A DNA stretch of 64,000 nt. It comes from Pseudomonadota bacterium. Lineage in GTDB: Bacteria > Pseudomonadota > Alphaproteobacteria > Rhizobiales > Rhizobiaceae. The translations under genes and the position numbers were made by a program. Numbering within the stretch: the first letter of the stretch is position 1; each line of letters begins with the position of its first letter. The stretch lies in contig JBCCBE010000002.1 in assembly GCA_039814425.1 (NCBI GenBank), forward strand, positions 5,400 through 69,399. The letters are read 5' to 3'. The notes under the pieces are model-generated. The model saw only the letters and a list, made by a program, of their open reading frames with translations, had not been told where the DNA came from and made no database searches. Shown here piece after piece: positions 41,868 to 51,185 of this stretch.

Positions 41868-42224
41868 GTGATGGTACATGACGCCAAGAATAACACGGAT
41901 CCGGAAACGCTACCCTGGCTAGGACGCAAACTGCTGTTTCTTGATAATATGAAGAATGTCGACCGGATTGTTTATGGCCTTTACGCATTTTGTGCGGTGC
42001 TGCTGCTCACGGATCTTTTTTATTACAAAAAAACCTATTTTACGATTGAAGACTTGCCTGGTTTTTACGGAATTTATGGTTTCGTCATGTGTGCGGCTCT
42101 GGTGATTTGCGCCCGTGGCATGCGTATCTTTTTGATGCGTGATGAAAATTACTATGCTCCAAAAGATGTTGAATCTGAACCCTATCCAGAAGATGGCCTT
42201 GACCGGGAGACAGTGAATGACTGA
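41868..42224 (+). CDS. Small two-TM protein embedded in the Mrp-like operon (hypothetical)
   Basis: 118 aa with two hydrophobic helices and an acidic tail. Sits 8 nt after copy 2 and overlaps copy 3 by 8 nt, so it is likely co-translated. Confidence 0.5.
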   Translation: MMVHDAKNNTDPETLPWLGRKLLFLDNMKNVDRIVYGLYAFCAVLLLTDLFYYKKTYFTIEDLPGFYGIYGFVMCAALVICARGMRIFLMRDENYYAPKDVESEPYPEDGLDRETVND

Positions 42225-43911
42225 TCTGTTTCCCCCGTTTCTCGTCTATGTAATTGGTGCGCTTATTCTGCCGTTTCTTCCAAAGGGTACACCCAGGGGT
42301 ATTCTTACTCTTATCATCCCGGTCATTGGTGCGTTGTTGATCTGGCAATTACCGCAAGGCATGCATGGTCAGGTAACGTTGGCTGGTTGGGAATTAACGC
42401 TTCTGCGGGTCGATAAACTGGCGGTAATCTTCGGTCTTATATTCTCACTCGCCGCGTTTTTGGCAATGCTCTACGCCTGGCATGTGCGCGATCAGGTGCA
42501 ACAGGTTTCAGCACTCCTTTATGCAGGCGCCGCGATAGGTGCGGTTTTCTGCGGCGATCTTATCTCGTTGTTCATCTTCTGGGAAGGAACTGCAATCGCC
42601 TCGGTATTTTTAATCTGGGCGCGTAAAACTGAAGGTGCGTATCATACTGGTATGCGATATCTGATCGTGCAGATATCTTCAGGGGTTATCCTGCTGGGCG
42701 GTGTGGCATTGCTTTACCATGAAACCGGTTCGACTGCCTTTGAAGCGATGACGCTTGGTAGTCTTTCAACCTGGGCCATCTTTATTGCCTTTGGTATCAA
42801 ATGTGCTTTTCCACTACTCCACAATTGGCTACAGGATGCTTATCCCGCTGCCACCGTAACCGGGACAGTCGTCCTTTCCGCGTTTACTACCAAGCTTGCG
42901 GTCTATGCACTTGCTCGTGGATTTCCCGGCACAGAGCTCTTGATATACATCGGAGCAGTGATGACACTCTTCCCGATTTTTTACGCAGTTATAGAAAACG
43001 ATCTGCGCCGCGTGCTGGCATACTCTCTTAACAACCAATTGGGTTTTATGGTTGTGGGTGTCGGGATTGGTACAGAGCTATCCCTGAACGGAACCGCCGC
43101 CCATGCGTTTGCGCACATCCTCTACAAGGCATTGTTGTTCATGAGTGTTGGTGCGGTTTTGTTTCGTACCGGAACTGCTAAAGGTTCAGAGCTGGGCGGC
43201 CTTTACAAAACCATGCCGCTGACCATGATCTTCTGTGTCGTAGGTGCGGCCTCGATTTCGGCCTTCCCGTTATTTTCCGGTTTCGTTACCAAGTCTTTGA
43301 TTTTGTCTGGAGCAGCGCATGAAGGCCATTACATCGTCTGGGGCATCTTGCTGTTTGCTTCAGCAGGTGTATTCCATCACTCCGGTATCAAGATACCTTA
43401 CTTTGCATTCTTTGCGCATGACAGCGGCCTTCGTCCAAAGGAAGCACCAAAACATATGCTTCTGGCGATGGGTATCACTGCGTTTATTTGCATAGCAGTC
43501 GGTGTTTACCCAGATCCGTTATATGCACTTCTTCCCTATGAGGTGGAGTATGTTCCATACACCACAACTCATGTCATAACCCAGTTGCAATTATTGTTTT
43601 TCTCAGCACTTGCGTTCACCGTTTTGATGCGCACCGGGATATATCCGCCAGAGCTTAAATCTGTAAACCTGGATACGGACTGGAGTTATCGCCGTTTATT
43701 GCCTGCCTTAATAGGACGGCTTGTAAGTGGCTTTACCGGGCTTTGGCTTTTCGCAGAGGGCTTTATAGAACGCAAGCGCGAAAAAATTGTTGCAACGCTT
43801 TACCGATCCCATGGACCGGAAGGGCGTATGGCGCGTGTCTGGCCAACCGGTTCTATGGTTTTGTCGATTGCGATAATTCTGGGCGCTACACTGGTAGTCA
43901 ATTTCATCTAA
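42217..43911 (+). CDS. Antiporter-like subunit, MrpD/NuoL-like, copy 3
   Basis: 564 aa. RVLAYSLNNQLGFMVVG and HAFAHILYKALLFMSVGA signatures. Lacks the long MrpA C-terminal extension. Confidence 0.85.
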   Translation: MTDLFPPFLVYVIGALILPFLPKGTPRGILTLIIPVIGALLIWQLPQGMHGQVTLAGWELTLLRVDKLAVIFGLIFSLAAFLAMLYAWHVRDQVQQVSALLYAGAAIGAVFCGDLISLFIFWEGTAIASVFLIWARKTEGAYHTGMRYLIVQISSGVILLGGVALLYHETGSTAFEAMTLGSLSTWAIFIAFGIKCAFPLLHNWLQDAYPAATVTGTVVLSAFTTKLAVYALARGFPGTELLIYIGAVMTLFPIFYAVIENDLRRVLAYSLNNQLGFMVVGVGIGTELSLNGTAAHAFAHILYKALLFMSVGAVLFRTGTAKGSELGGLYKTMPLTMIFCVVGAASISAFPLFSGFVTKSLILSGAAHEGHYIVWGILLFASAGVFHHSGIKIPYFAFFAHDSGLRPKEAPKHMLLAMGITAFICIAVGVYPDPLYALLPYEVEYVPYTTTHVITQLQLLFFSALAFTVLMRTGIYPPELKSVNLDTDWSYRRLLPALIGRLVSGFTGLWLFAEGFIERKREKIVATLYRSHGPEGRMARVWPTGSMVLSIAIILGATLVVNFI

Positions 43912-43938
43912 CGGATTAACACACGAAGCTGAAACCCG

Positions 43939-44832
43939 TTAGTCGGTCTCGGCTAACCACTCTTCAACAATGGCGACCTGTTCATCATTGCGCAACGTTG
44001 GTGTGTGACCGGTATCTTCAAACTCTACCAAGGTGGTTTCAGGACCGCATTCGAGCATTCGTGTTGCAGTTTCTTCAGACAGAAAGCTTGAATCTTTCCC
44101 GCGTAAAACCAAGACCGGACAGGTAATTTTTTCCCAGGTGTCCCACATCTCCACATTGAAGTAGGAAATAGAATCGCGAAATGCATTACCAACCCGGTTA
44201 TCAACCTTCATCCTGAACGTACCATGCTCGGTTCTCTTACAAGAATATTTCGCCAGATGCGCCCAGTCTTCATCTGTCATGGGAGCAAATTCCGGATAAA
44301 TAGCGCGCTGATAGTTCTCCACATCTTTGACTGAGTTAAACTCTTCAGATTTACCAATATACTCAGCGATCGACATCAACGCATCACGCGAAACTTCCGG
44401 TCCAATATCATTGATAACCAGGCGCCGAATTGGTGACTGTGAGACCGACGCAAGCACCATGCCGATAATGCCACCCATCGACGTGCCGATCCAATTGACC
44501 TCGGTGACACCTAGCCTGGCGATCAGCGCATTCATGTCGGAATTATACTGTAAATAATTATAACTCTCATCACTGAGCAGATGGTCGCTGTCACCGCGTC
44601 CTACAACATCTGGGCAGATCACCCGATATTTATCGCAAAGTTTACTGGCAAAAAAATCGAAATCGCGGGCGTTCCGGGTGAGGCCATGAACACACAAAAC
44701 GGTCTCCTGATTTGGAAACTCTTTCACATTTCCCCATTCTAAATAGTTTATGCGGTGAAAGCCATGAAATCCAAGGCCAAGGTAATAGTGTTTAGAATAA
44801 GCCTTTGTTGGCTTCCGTAGTCTATGCGGCAT
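43939..44832 (-). CDS. Alpha/beta-fold hydrolase
   Basis: VHGLTRNARDFD oxyanion region and GTSMGG nucleophile elbow. Confidence 0.82.
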   Translation of the reverse strand: MPHRLRKPTKAYSKHYYLGLGFHGFHRINYLEWGNVKEFPNQETVLCVHGLTRNARDFDFFASKLCDKYRVICPDVVGRGDSDHLLSDESYNYLQYNSDMNALIARLGVTEVNWIGTSMGGIIGMVLASVSQSPIRRLVINDIGPEVSRDALMSIAEYIGKSEEFNSVKDVENYQRAIYPEFAPMTDEDWAHLAKYSCKRTEHGTFRMKVDNRVGNAFRDSISYFNVEMWDTWEKITCPVLVLRGKDSSFLSEETATRMLECGPETTLVEFEDTGHTPTLRNDEQVAIVEEWLAETD

Positions 44833-44837
44833 ACGCT

Positions 44838-45476
44838 TTACTTCTTACTCAGTTCTTTCAATTGATCCTGCATTGCCTTGATCTGCTCTTGCATATCTTT
44901 CAAGGCCGTTTCCTTGTCATCTTCATCTTGTGATTCTTTTGCTTGGTTAGAGGATTGTTCTTCTGCCTCCTTTGATGAAACATCAGCCGGTGAAAGGCCG
45001 CTAATTTTGCTGAACATATCGAAAGAACGGGAGAACATTTCCATGTTTCTGCGCGCTACTTCCTGGCCAAATTCCACCATTGCATTGGTGTTCTGCCCGA
45101 CGATTTCACCAAAGGCTTCTTTCATTTTTTCGCGTTCCGAGTTGAATGCTTTCATGCTCTCGCGAAAGTAACTCGGCATAATTGAGCCGTAAGCATCGTC
45201 ATACATCATGATCAACTGCTTTTGGACATCGAGAGGAAACAGAAAATTACTCTGCCCCGATTCGCGCTCATAAATGACCTGATTGAGGATCGAACGGGTA
45301 ATATCATCACCCGATTTGTTGTCAATTATCACGAATGATTTGTTAGTTTTGACAAGCTCGACAATATCATCAAGCACAATATATGAACTCGTTGCTGTAT
45401 TATAGAGCCTGCGATTTGGATATTTGCGGATGAGGATCGGATTTTCTTTTCCGTCCGGTTCTGATTGCTTGTCCAT
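44838..45476 (-). CDS. phaR: Polyhydroxyalkanoate synthesis repressor PhaR
   Basis: IRKYPNRRLYNTATSSYIVLDDIVELVK is the hallmark PhaR N-terminus. Acidic C-terminal tail. Confidence 0.92.
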   Translation of the reverse strand: MDKQSEPDGKENPILIRKYPNRRLYNTATSSYIVLDDIVELVKTNKSFVIIDNKSGDDITRSILNQVIYERESGQSNFLFPLDVQKQLIMMYDDAYGSIMPSYFRESMKAFNSEREKMKEAFGEIVGQNTNAMVEFGQEVARRNMEMFSRSFDMFSKISGLSPADVSSKEAEEQSSNQAKESQDEDDKETALKDMQEQIKAMQDQLKELSKK

Positions 45477-45551
45477 GCTTATACTCTTATTCCGCAGAAA
45501 TTGACTGAACTAATGATAACCGGTTTTTGCTAGGAAAGCGTTTACAAAAAA

Positions 45552-45577
45552 AAGCCGCCAAATGAATTGGCGACTTC
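45552..45577 (-). terminator. Intrinsic terminator downstream of the phasin gene
   Basis: AAGTCGCCAA-ttcat-TTGGCGGCTT hairpin on the minus strand (one mismatch), followed by an 8-T run. Confidence 0.7.
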
Positions 45578-45617
45578 TTTTAGTTTCCGAAACTAAGATC
45601 GTTGGAGGAGATGTGAT

Positions 45618-45998
45618 CTAGAGATTGCCGGAAAAACCTTTTGTGTATGCACTACGACCGGCTTCCGCGGTATCTTTCATGACTTTGCTTGAAAGCTCGG
45701 AAAAGCCTTTCGCTTGATCTGCGATGCGCTCTGAAGCATTTGCAATATTTGAGGTTGCTACTTTGTAAAAGTCTGGCAAGTCGCTTGTTTTATTAAGAGA
45801 TTTAACACCATCAAAAGCAGCAGCAACGTTAGAAACATAGTTGTCATATGCCTTTTTAGCGAGCGTCTCGCCACCTTTGAACATAGCAGCATTAAATTCG
45901 ATCATGCTTTCTACAAATTTCTCAGAATTTGCAATGTGCTTTGTTACGAACTCTTTAGACTGTTCCATTGTTTCTTTGGTATCGATTGTCTTGGTCAT
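45618..45998 (-). CDS. phaP: Phasin-family protein
   Basis: 126 aa, helical and Ala/Lys-rich, located next to phaR. Phasin_2-like by composition and context. Confidence 0.78.
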   Translation of the reverse strand: MTKTIDTKETMEQSKEFVTKHIANSEKFVESMIEFNAAMFKGGETLAKKAYDNYVSNVAAAFDGVKSLNKTSDLPDFYKVATSNIANASERIADQAKGFSELSSKVMKDTAEAGRSAYTKGFSGNL

Positions 45999-46082
45999 GC
46001 GCGTATGCCTTATTTGTCTGAGCGGTTCGGGAACCCGCTGACTTTTAAGCCCCGATTTTCAATACATATAGCATAATAATTG

Positions 46083-46193
46083 TGCAATGCAACATAAAAT
46101 ACTGCAATGCACAAAATTAGCTAATTGGGTGGTCATCACCTTGATATAAAAAAAGCACTTACTAACTATGTGTAGATGCTGTTCTGCACTGCA
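46083..46193. promoter_or_regulatory. Three TGCA(A/C)TGCA repeats in the phaP / TPP-enzyme divergent promoter region (candidate PhaR operators)
   Basis: TGCAATGCA at 46083-46091 and 46103-46111 (20 bp apart), and TGCACTGCA at 46185-46193. PhaR proteins are known to bind TGC-rich repeats in phaP promoters. Confidence 0.4.
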
Positions 46194-46307
46194 TTACCAA
46201 TAGTTTTTCAAAAGTTAGATTTCGTGAGTTGGAGATGTTAATAAGTTTTAGGGAGCGGCGTTTTCTACGTTGCTGCTTTACACTCATGTCCTATTACGGA
46301 GACTTAG

Positions 46308-47969
46308 TTGAATTCCTCTCATCCACAAACCGCCGCCAAACTACTTGTTAAATGTCTTGAGCAAGAAGGTGTTGAATATATTTTTGGCATTCCTGGTGAA
46401 GAAAATATTGCCATCATGGATGCTTTACTTGATTCCCCGATTGAATTCATCATAACCCGCCATGAACAGGCTGCTGCTTTCATGGCAGATGTATATGGTA
46501 GGCTTACCGGCCGTGCTGGCGTTTGCATGTCTACTCTGGGGCCGGGCGCGACCAATCTGGTAACCGGCGTTGCGGATGCAAATATGGATCGTGCTCCGAT
46601 TGTTGCGATTGCCGGACAGGGTGCAACAACGCGAATGCACAAGGAAAGCCACCAGATACTGGATTTGGTAAATCTGTTTGCACCAATCTCCAAATACTCG
46701 ACCCAAATCCGTGAACCGGAAATTGTGCCTGAGATTATCCGTAAGGCTTTCAAGTTTGCCCAGGCAGAAAAACCGGGTGCTGCTTTTATCGATTTTCCGG
46801 AAAACGTAGCGGATATGGATGTTGGTGATGCAGTACCTTTGAAAGTACAATCACCACAAATGCCTGAGGCACCGCGTGGAAAGTGCGCGCAGGTAGCGGA
46901 AGTGATATCCAAAGCAAAGAACCCGGTGATCATTGCTGGAAATGGTATAATTCGTCACAAAGCTGAAGATGCCCTCATCAATTTTGCTGAGGCGATCAAT
47001 TCGCCGGTTGCAACCACGTTCATGGCCAAGGGAGTTATTCCTTCATCCCATCCATTGAGCCTTGGAACTGTTGGGCTTAAAGCACACGATCTGGTTGCTT
47101 ACGGAATTGATGATGCGGACCTTATAATCTGCATTGGTTACGACATGGTCGAATATGATCCTGCGCATTGGAATTCCAATGCCGACAAGCGGGTTATACA
47201 TATTGATGGTTCACCTGCAGAAGTTGATACCAATTACATCGTAGAAGCCGGTGTAATTGGTGATGTAAAAGACTCTATGAACCGGATCGCAGCACGGTGT
47301 GAAAGTGCCCCTCGTGCTCCGATGAAAAAATTGCGGTCCAAAATAGTCAGTGAATTAAATCGGCATAAAGACGATACGGCTTTTCCGGTAAAACCACAGA
47401 AGATCATATGCGATATTCGCAAAGTATTGAGCCCTGAAGATATTGTTATTTCAGATGTTGGCGCTCATAAAATGTGGATGGCACGAATGTATCAGGCAGA
47501 GCGGCCTAACACTTGCATTATTTCAAATGGTTTTGCCTCTATGGGAATAGCGCTTCCCGGAGCAATTGCTGCAAAACTGGTCTATCCAGACCGCAATATT
47601 TTTGCGGTTGCTGGTGATAGCGGGTTCATGATGAACAATCAGGAAATAGAAACTGCTGTCCGACTGGGCCTGAATATCACGGTGCTGATTTTCAATGATA
47701 ACAAATACGGACTGATCGAATGGCATCAATTGCGCGAGTTTGGGCGTAAGAGCCACGTTGATGTCACCAATCCTGATTTTGTGAAATTTGCAGAAAGCTT
47801 TGGCGCAATTGGCTATAAGGTCGATCGCACCGAAGACCTTATAGGCACGATAGAAACCGCTATCAATGATGGTGGTGTTTCAATCATTGATTGTCCGGTG
47901 GATTATTCTGAAAATATGAAACTGACTGAACGCCTTAAAGGCATGAAAACCATAGACGAAGATTTCTAA
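46308..47969 (+). CDS. Thiamine-diphosphate enzyme, catabolic acetolactate synthase (AlsS)-like
   Basis: GVEYIFGIPGEE, RHEQAAAFMADVYGRLTG, and the TPP motif GDSGFMMNNQEIETAVRLGLNITVLIFNDNKYG. The track start is a non-ATG (TTG) codon. Confidence 0.87.
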   Translation: MNSSHPQTAAKLLVKCLEQEGVEYIFGIPGEENIAIMDALLDSPIEFIITRHEQAAAFMADVYGRLTGRAGVCMSTLGPGATNLVTGVADANMDRAPIVAIAGQGATTRMHKESHQILDLVNLFAPISKYSTQIREPEIVPEIIRKAFKFAQAEKPGAAFIDFPENVADMDVGDAVPLKVQSPQMPEAPRGKCAQVAEVISKAKNPVIIAGNGIIRHKAEDALINFAEAINSPVATTFMAKGVIPSSHPLSLGTVGLKAHDLVAYGIDDADLIICIGYDMVEYDPAHWNSNADKRVIHIDGSPAEVDTNYIVEAGVIGDVKDSMNRIAARCESAPRAPMKKLRSKIVSELNRHKDDTAFPVKPQKIICDIRKVLSPEDIVISDVGAHKMWMARMYQAERPNTCIISNGFASMGIALPGAIAAKLVYPDRNIFAVAGDSGFMMNNQEIETAVRLGLNITVLIFNDNKYGLIEWHQLREFGRKSHVDVTNPDFVKFAESFGAIGYKVDRTEDLIGTIETAINDGGVSIIDCPVDYSENMKLTERLKGMKTIDEDF

Positions 47970-47987
47970 GAGACCATTGAGGAACCC

Positions 47988-49142
47988 ATGCACGCATTTC
48001 AATTTCAAACGACAAAATCCATTATCAGTGAAGTAGGCAGCACCGCAAAAATCGGTGGTTTAATGGCAGATATGGGGTGCAAGAAAATTGCATTTGTAAC
48101 CGATAAGATCATTCTTGAGCTTGGCCTGGCAGACGCTGCAATCGAGAGCATTAAAAAGGCTGGCCTTGGCATTCATGTGATTGATGACGTGGTTGCTGAT
48201 CCGCCGGAAGCGATGATCTTGAAAGCTGTTGAGCAAGCAAAGTCCGAAGGTGTTGACGGTGTCGTTTCTGTTGGCGGCGGCTCTTCTCTTGATACGGCGA
48301 AGCTAATTGCTGTTTTAATCGATTCTGAACAACCGCTTGAAGAGATGTACGGCGTTGGACTTGTAAAAGGATGGCGCCTGCCAATGGTGCTTGCGCCGAC
48401 GACAGCAGGTACCGGATCTGAAGTCACGCCAATATCTATTGTTACAACCGGATCAAGTGAGAAGAAGGGTGTTGTTTCTCATCAATTGCTGCCTGATTGG
48501 GCGGTTCTGGATGCAGAACTTACAGTTGGTTTACCAGCCCATGTAACCGCTGCAACAGGCATCGATGCGATGGTACATGCGATTGAAGCATATACTTCTA
48601 AGCATAAGAAGAATATTGTTTCTGATACGCTTGCTCGACAGGCGCTCGATTTGCTTGGCAATGCCATTTACACAGCTTGCAACACACCAACAGATCGTCA
48701 AGCACGCTCTGATATGTTGCTAGGCTCAATGCTGGCAGGCATGGCATTTGCGAATGCACCGGTTGCAGCAGTCCACGCGCTTGCTTATCCGTTGGGCGGA
48801 CATTTTCACGTACCTCATGGCCTTTCAAATGCATTGGTTCTTCCCTACGTGCTGGACTTCAACATGAGTGAAGCTTCAAGCCTCTACGCTGAACTTGCAC
48901 CGATTATCTTTCGTGACAGCGCTGGTAAATCCGAGCAGGAAAGATGCGAAACCATGATTGAAGGCTTTAAGAAAATGGGTCCGGATCTTGGTATGAAGAG
49001 CAAGCTTGCGGAGGTTGGAGTTAATCATAACAATCTGCCAATGTTGGCTGAAGATGCGATGAAACAGCAGCGTCTGCTGGTAAATAATCCGCGCGAGATG
49101 ACATATGAGGCAGCGCTCGATATTTATACTCAGGCTCTTTAA
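47988..49142 (+). CDS. Iron-containing (group III) alcohol dehydrogenase
   Basis: GGGSSLDTAK NAD-binding motif and the His cluster HAIEAY ... HALAYPLGGHFHVPHG. Confidence 0.9.
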   Translation: MHAFQFQTTKSIISEVGSTAKIGGLMADMGCKKIAFVTDKIILELGLADAAIESIKKAGLGIHVIDDVVADPPEAMILKAVEQAKSEGVDGVVSVGGGSSLDTAKLIAVLIDSEQPLEEMYGVGLVKGWRLPMVLAPTTAGTGSEVTPISIVTTGSSEKKGVVSHQLLPDWAVLDAELTVGLPAHVTAATGIDAMVHAIEAYTSKHKKNIVSDTLARQALDLLGNAIYTACNTPTDRQARSDMLLGSMLAGMAFANAPVAAVHALAYPLGGHFHVPHGLSNALVLPYVLDFNMSEASSLYAELAPIIFRDSAGKSEQERCETMIEGFKKMGPDLGMKSKLAEVGVNHNNLPMLAEDAMKQQRLLVNNPREMTYEAALDIYTQAL

Positions 49143-49187
49143 ATGTAGAATAGCGCGATCGCGCAAGTGTTAGGGTAGGGAAAACAG

Positions 49188-49988
49188 ATGGTAGATAAAA
49201 ACCAAGGCTTTGATGAATTTGTTGACCTGTGGAAGCAGGGACAAGAAGCATTTATAAAGTCACAGACACAGATGGCAGACCATTTCAAAACCTCAATGGA
49301 TGCCATGAACCCAGCCGTAAAAAAGCCCGATGAGAGTAATCCGTTTGTAGCCTGGCAATCATTTTTAAAAGCCTGGGCTCCAACCTGGGAAATGCCAGAC
49401 ATGACCATGCCCCAGCCATCTGCGGGCTATGACTTCTCATCTGGAAAAGATGCGTTCTTTGCAATGCTCGATCCGCAAAAATGGTCTGTTTATGGACCGG
49501 ATCAGTTAAGAGTGATGCTTGAATCAATTGCCAATGGTCCGCAATTTGCAGATCTTATGATGCCGCAACAATCAGCAGCAAATGCCTGGCGTGAAACGCT
49601 TGATTTTCAAAAGGCCGCTGCTGATATGGCATCTGTTATGCAAGAAGCGTGGACCGCTGCCTATGCAACGTTTAGCGAAAAATACACGATCGATGATCTT
49701 AAGTCGGGGAACGTGGATGGTGCATTGGATGCATGGCTGGTTTCAGCAAATGCAGCGCTGTTGGAAGCGCAGGGTAGTGCCAGTTTTCTTGATGCTCAAA
49801 AACGTATTATCCGGGCATCAACCGAGATCAGGGCGCGCCAGCGCGACATAGCAGAAAAGTGGAGTGAAAATTGGCAGATGCCAACGCGCACCGAAATCGA
49901 TGATCTCGTTTTGACCGTGCATCAATTGCGCCGGGAATTGCGCGAACTCAAACGTGAACTGGCAACCTTCAAAGGAGGTCGTGAGTGA
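49188..49988 (+). CDS. phaE: Class III PHA synthase subunit PhaE
   Basis: Overlaps phaC by 4 nt. C-terminal IDDLVLTVHQLRRELRELKRELA is typical of PhaE. Shorter than classic PhaE at 266 aa. Confidence 0.72.
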   Translation: MVDKNQGFDEFVDLWKQGQEAFIKSQTQMADHFKTSMDAMNPAVKKPDESNPFVAWQSFLKAWAPTWEMPDMTMPQPSAGYDFSSGKDAFFAMLDPQKWSVYGPDQLRVMLESIANGPQFADLMMPQQSAANAWRETLDFQKAAADMASVMQEAWTAAYATFSEKYTIDDLKSGNVDGALDAWLVSANAALLEAQGSASFLDAQKRIIRASTEIRARQRDIAEKWSENWQMPTRTEIDDLVLTVHQLRRELRELKRELATFKGGRE

Positions 49989-51145
49989 TCACGGACAATC
50001 AAGAGGCAAGGGACGATGTTGAAGTCGCGATGGAAGCCTGGGGTGTTGCGGTAAAACAAATCCTGGACAAAAGCGCCAAAGCCCTGAAATCCAGTGAGTT
50101 TCTAGCCGGCGTTTCGGACAAGGATGTCCGTATTTCAGAAGCATCCTGTTCCACCGAGTATGAAATCGATAAGGTTCGATTATTCAGATACGAACCGGTA
50201 GTAGAACGCCGTACTGATATCCCACCGGTTATTATCTGTTATGGATTATTTGGACGTCAGAGCATGATCGATCTTCAGGAAGATCGATCACTTGTCCGCA
50301 ACATGCTGGCTGCTGGCATTGATGTATATGTCGTAGACTGGGGCAATCCCACCCGAGCCGATCAGTATTTGAATTTTGATGATTATGTGGATCTTTATCT
50401 GGCTTCTTGCGTAGAGCATGTTGTCAACGCGCATGGCGGAAAGCCTGTATGTCTGTTTGGAATTTGCGAAGGTGGAACGTTTGCTGCCATGTTGGCAGCG
50501 CTACGGCCGGAATTGTTTTCTGGCCTTGCCTTGGCAATTACGCCGATTGACTTTCATGGCGATAAGGAAAGTTTTTGGCTTGGTGAAGGGTTTTTGAACC
50601 GCTGGATCGGAAACCTTGATAAACAGGATGTCGATTTAATAATTGAGACCTATGGCATGTTGCCCGGCGAGATGACAGGTGCGGTTTTTTCATCTCTGAC
50701 GCCGATTAATTCCATGACCAAATACAACTTGGGTCTGGCTAGGCTGGAAGGGCGCAAGGATGCTATCTTAAATTTTCTGCGCATGGAAAAATGGATTGCT
50801 GACAGGCCCGATCATCCAGGTGAACTGGCCCGGCAATGGCTAAATGACCTGTATCGGGAAAACAAGCTCGTTAAAGGCGAGTTTAAGGTTCTGGGCGAAA
50901 AAGTTGACCTTTCAAAAATTGCTTGTCCGGTCTTAAATATTTTTGCGCATCAAGACCATATTATCCCGGTCAGTTGCTCCAAAGCCCTGTCTCAATTCGT
51001 TTCAAATGATATGTACCAGGAGATTGGATTTCCCGGTGGTCATGTAGGCGTGTTTGTAAGTTCCAAGGCACAAGGGGTTGTGGCCGGTGGACTGATCGAA
51101 TGGCTCGACGAGAACGCTGGTAAACCTGAACTAAAGAAAATATAG
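49985..51145 (+). CDS. phaC: Class III PHA synthase catalytic subunit PhaC
   Basis: 386 aa. Lipase-like box with catalytic Cys, FGICEGGTFAAM. GTG start overlaps the phaE stop. Confidence 0.9.
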   Translation: MITDNQEARDDVEVAMEAWGVAVKQILDKSAKALKSSEFLAGVSDKDVRISEASCSTEYEIDKVRLFRYEPVVERRTDIPPVIICYGLFGRQSMIDLQEDRSLVRNMLAAGIDVYVVDWGNPTRADQYLNFDDYVDLYLASCVEHVVNAHGGKPVCLFGICEGGTFAAMLAALRPELFSGLALAITPIDFHGDKESFWLGEGFLNRWIGNLDKQDVDLIIETYGMLPGEMTGAVFSSLTPINSMTKYNLGLARLEGRKDAILNFLRMEKWIADRPDHPGELARQWLNDLYRENKLVKGEFKVLGEKVDLSKIACPVLNIFAHQDHIIPVSCSKALSQFVSNDMYQEIGFPGGHVGVFVSSKAQGVVAGGLIEWLDENAGKPELKKI

Positions 51146-51185
51146 TCTGACTATTGCAAGCTTTGGATATCCGAGGAGGTAGCAG

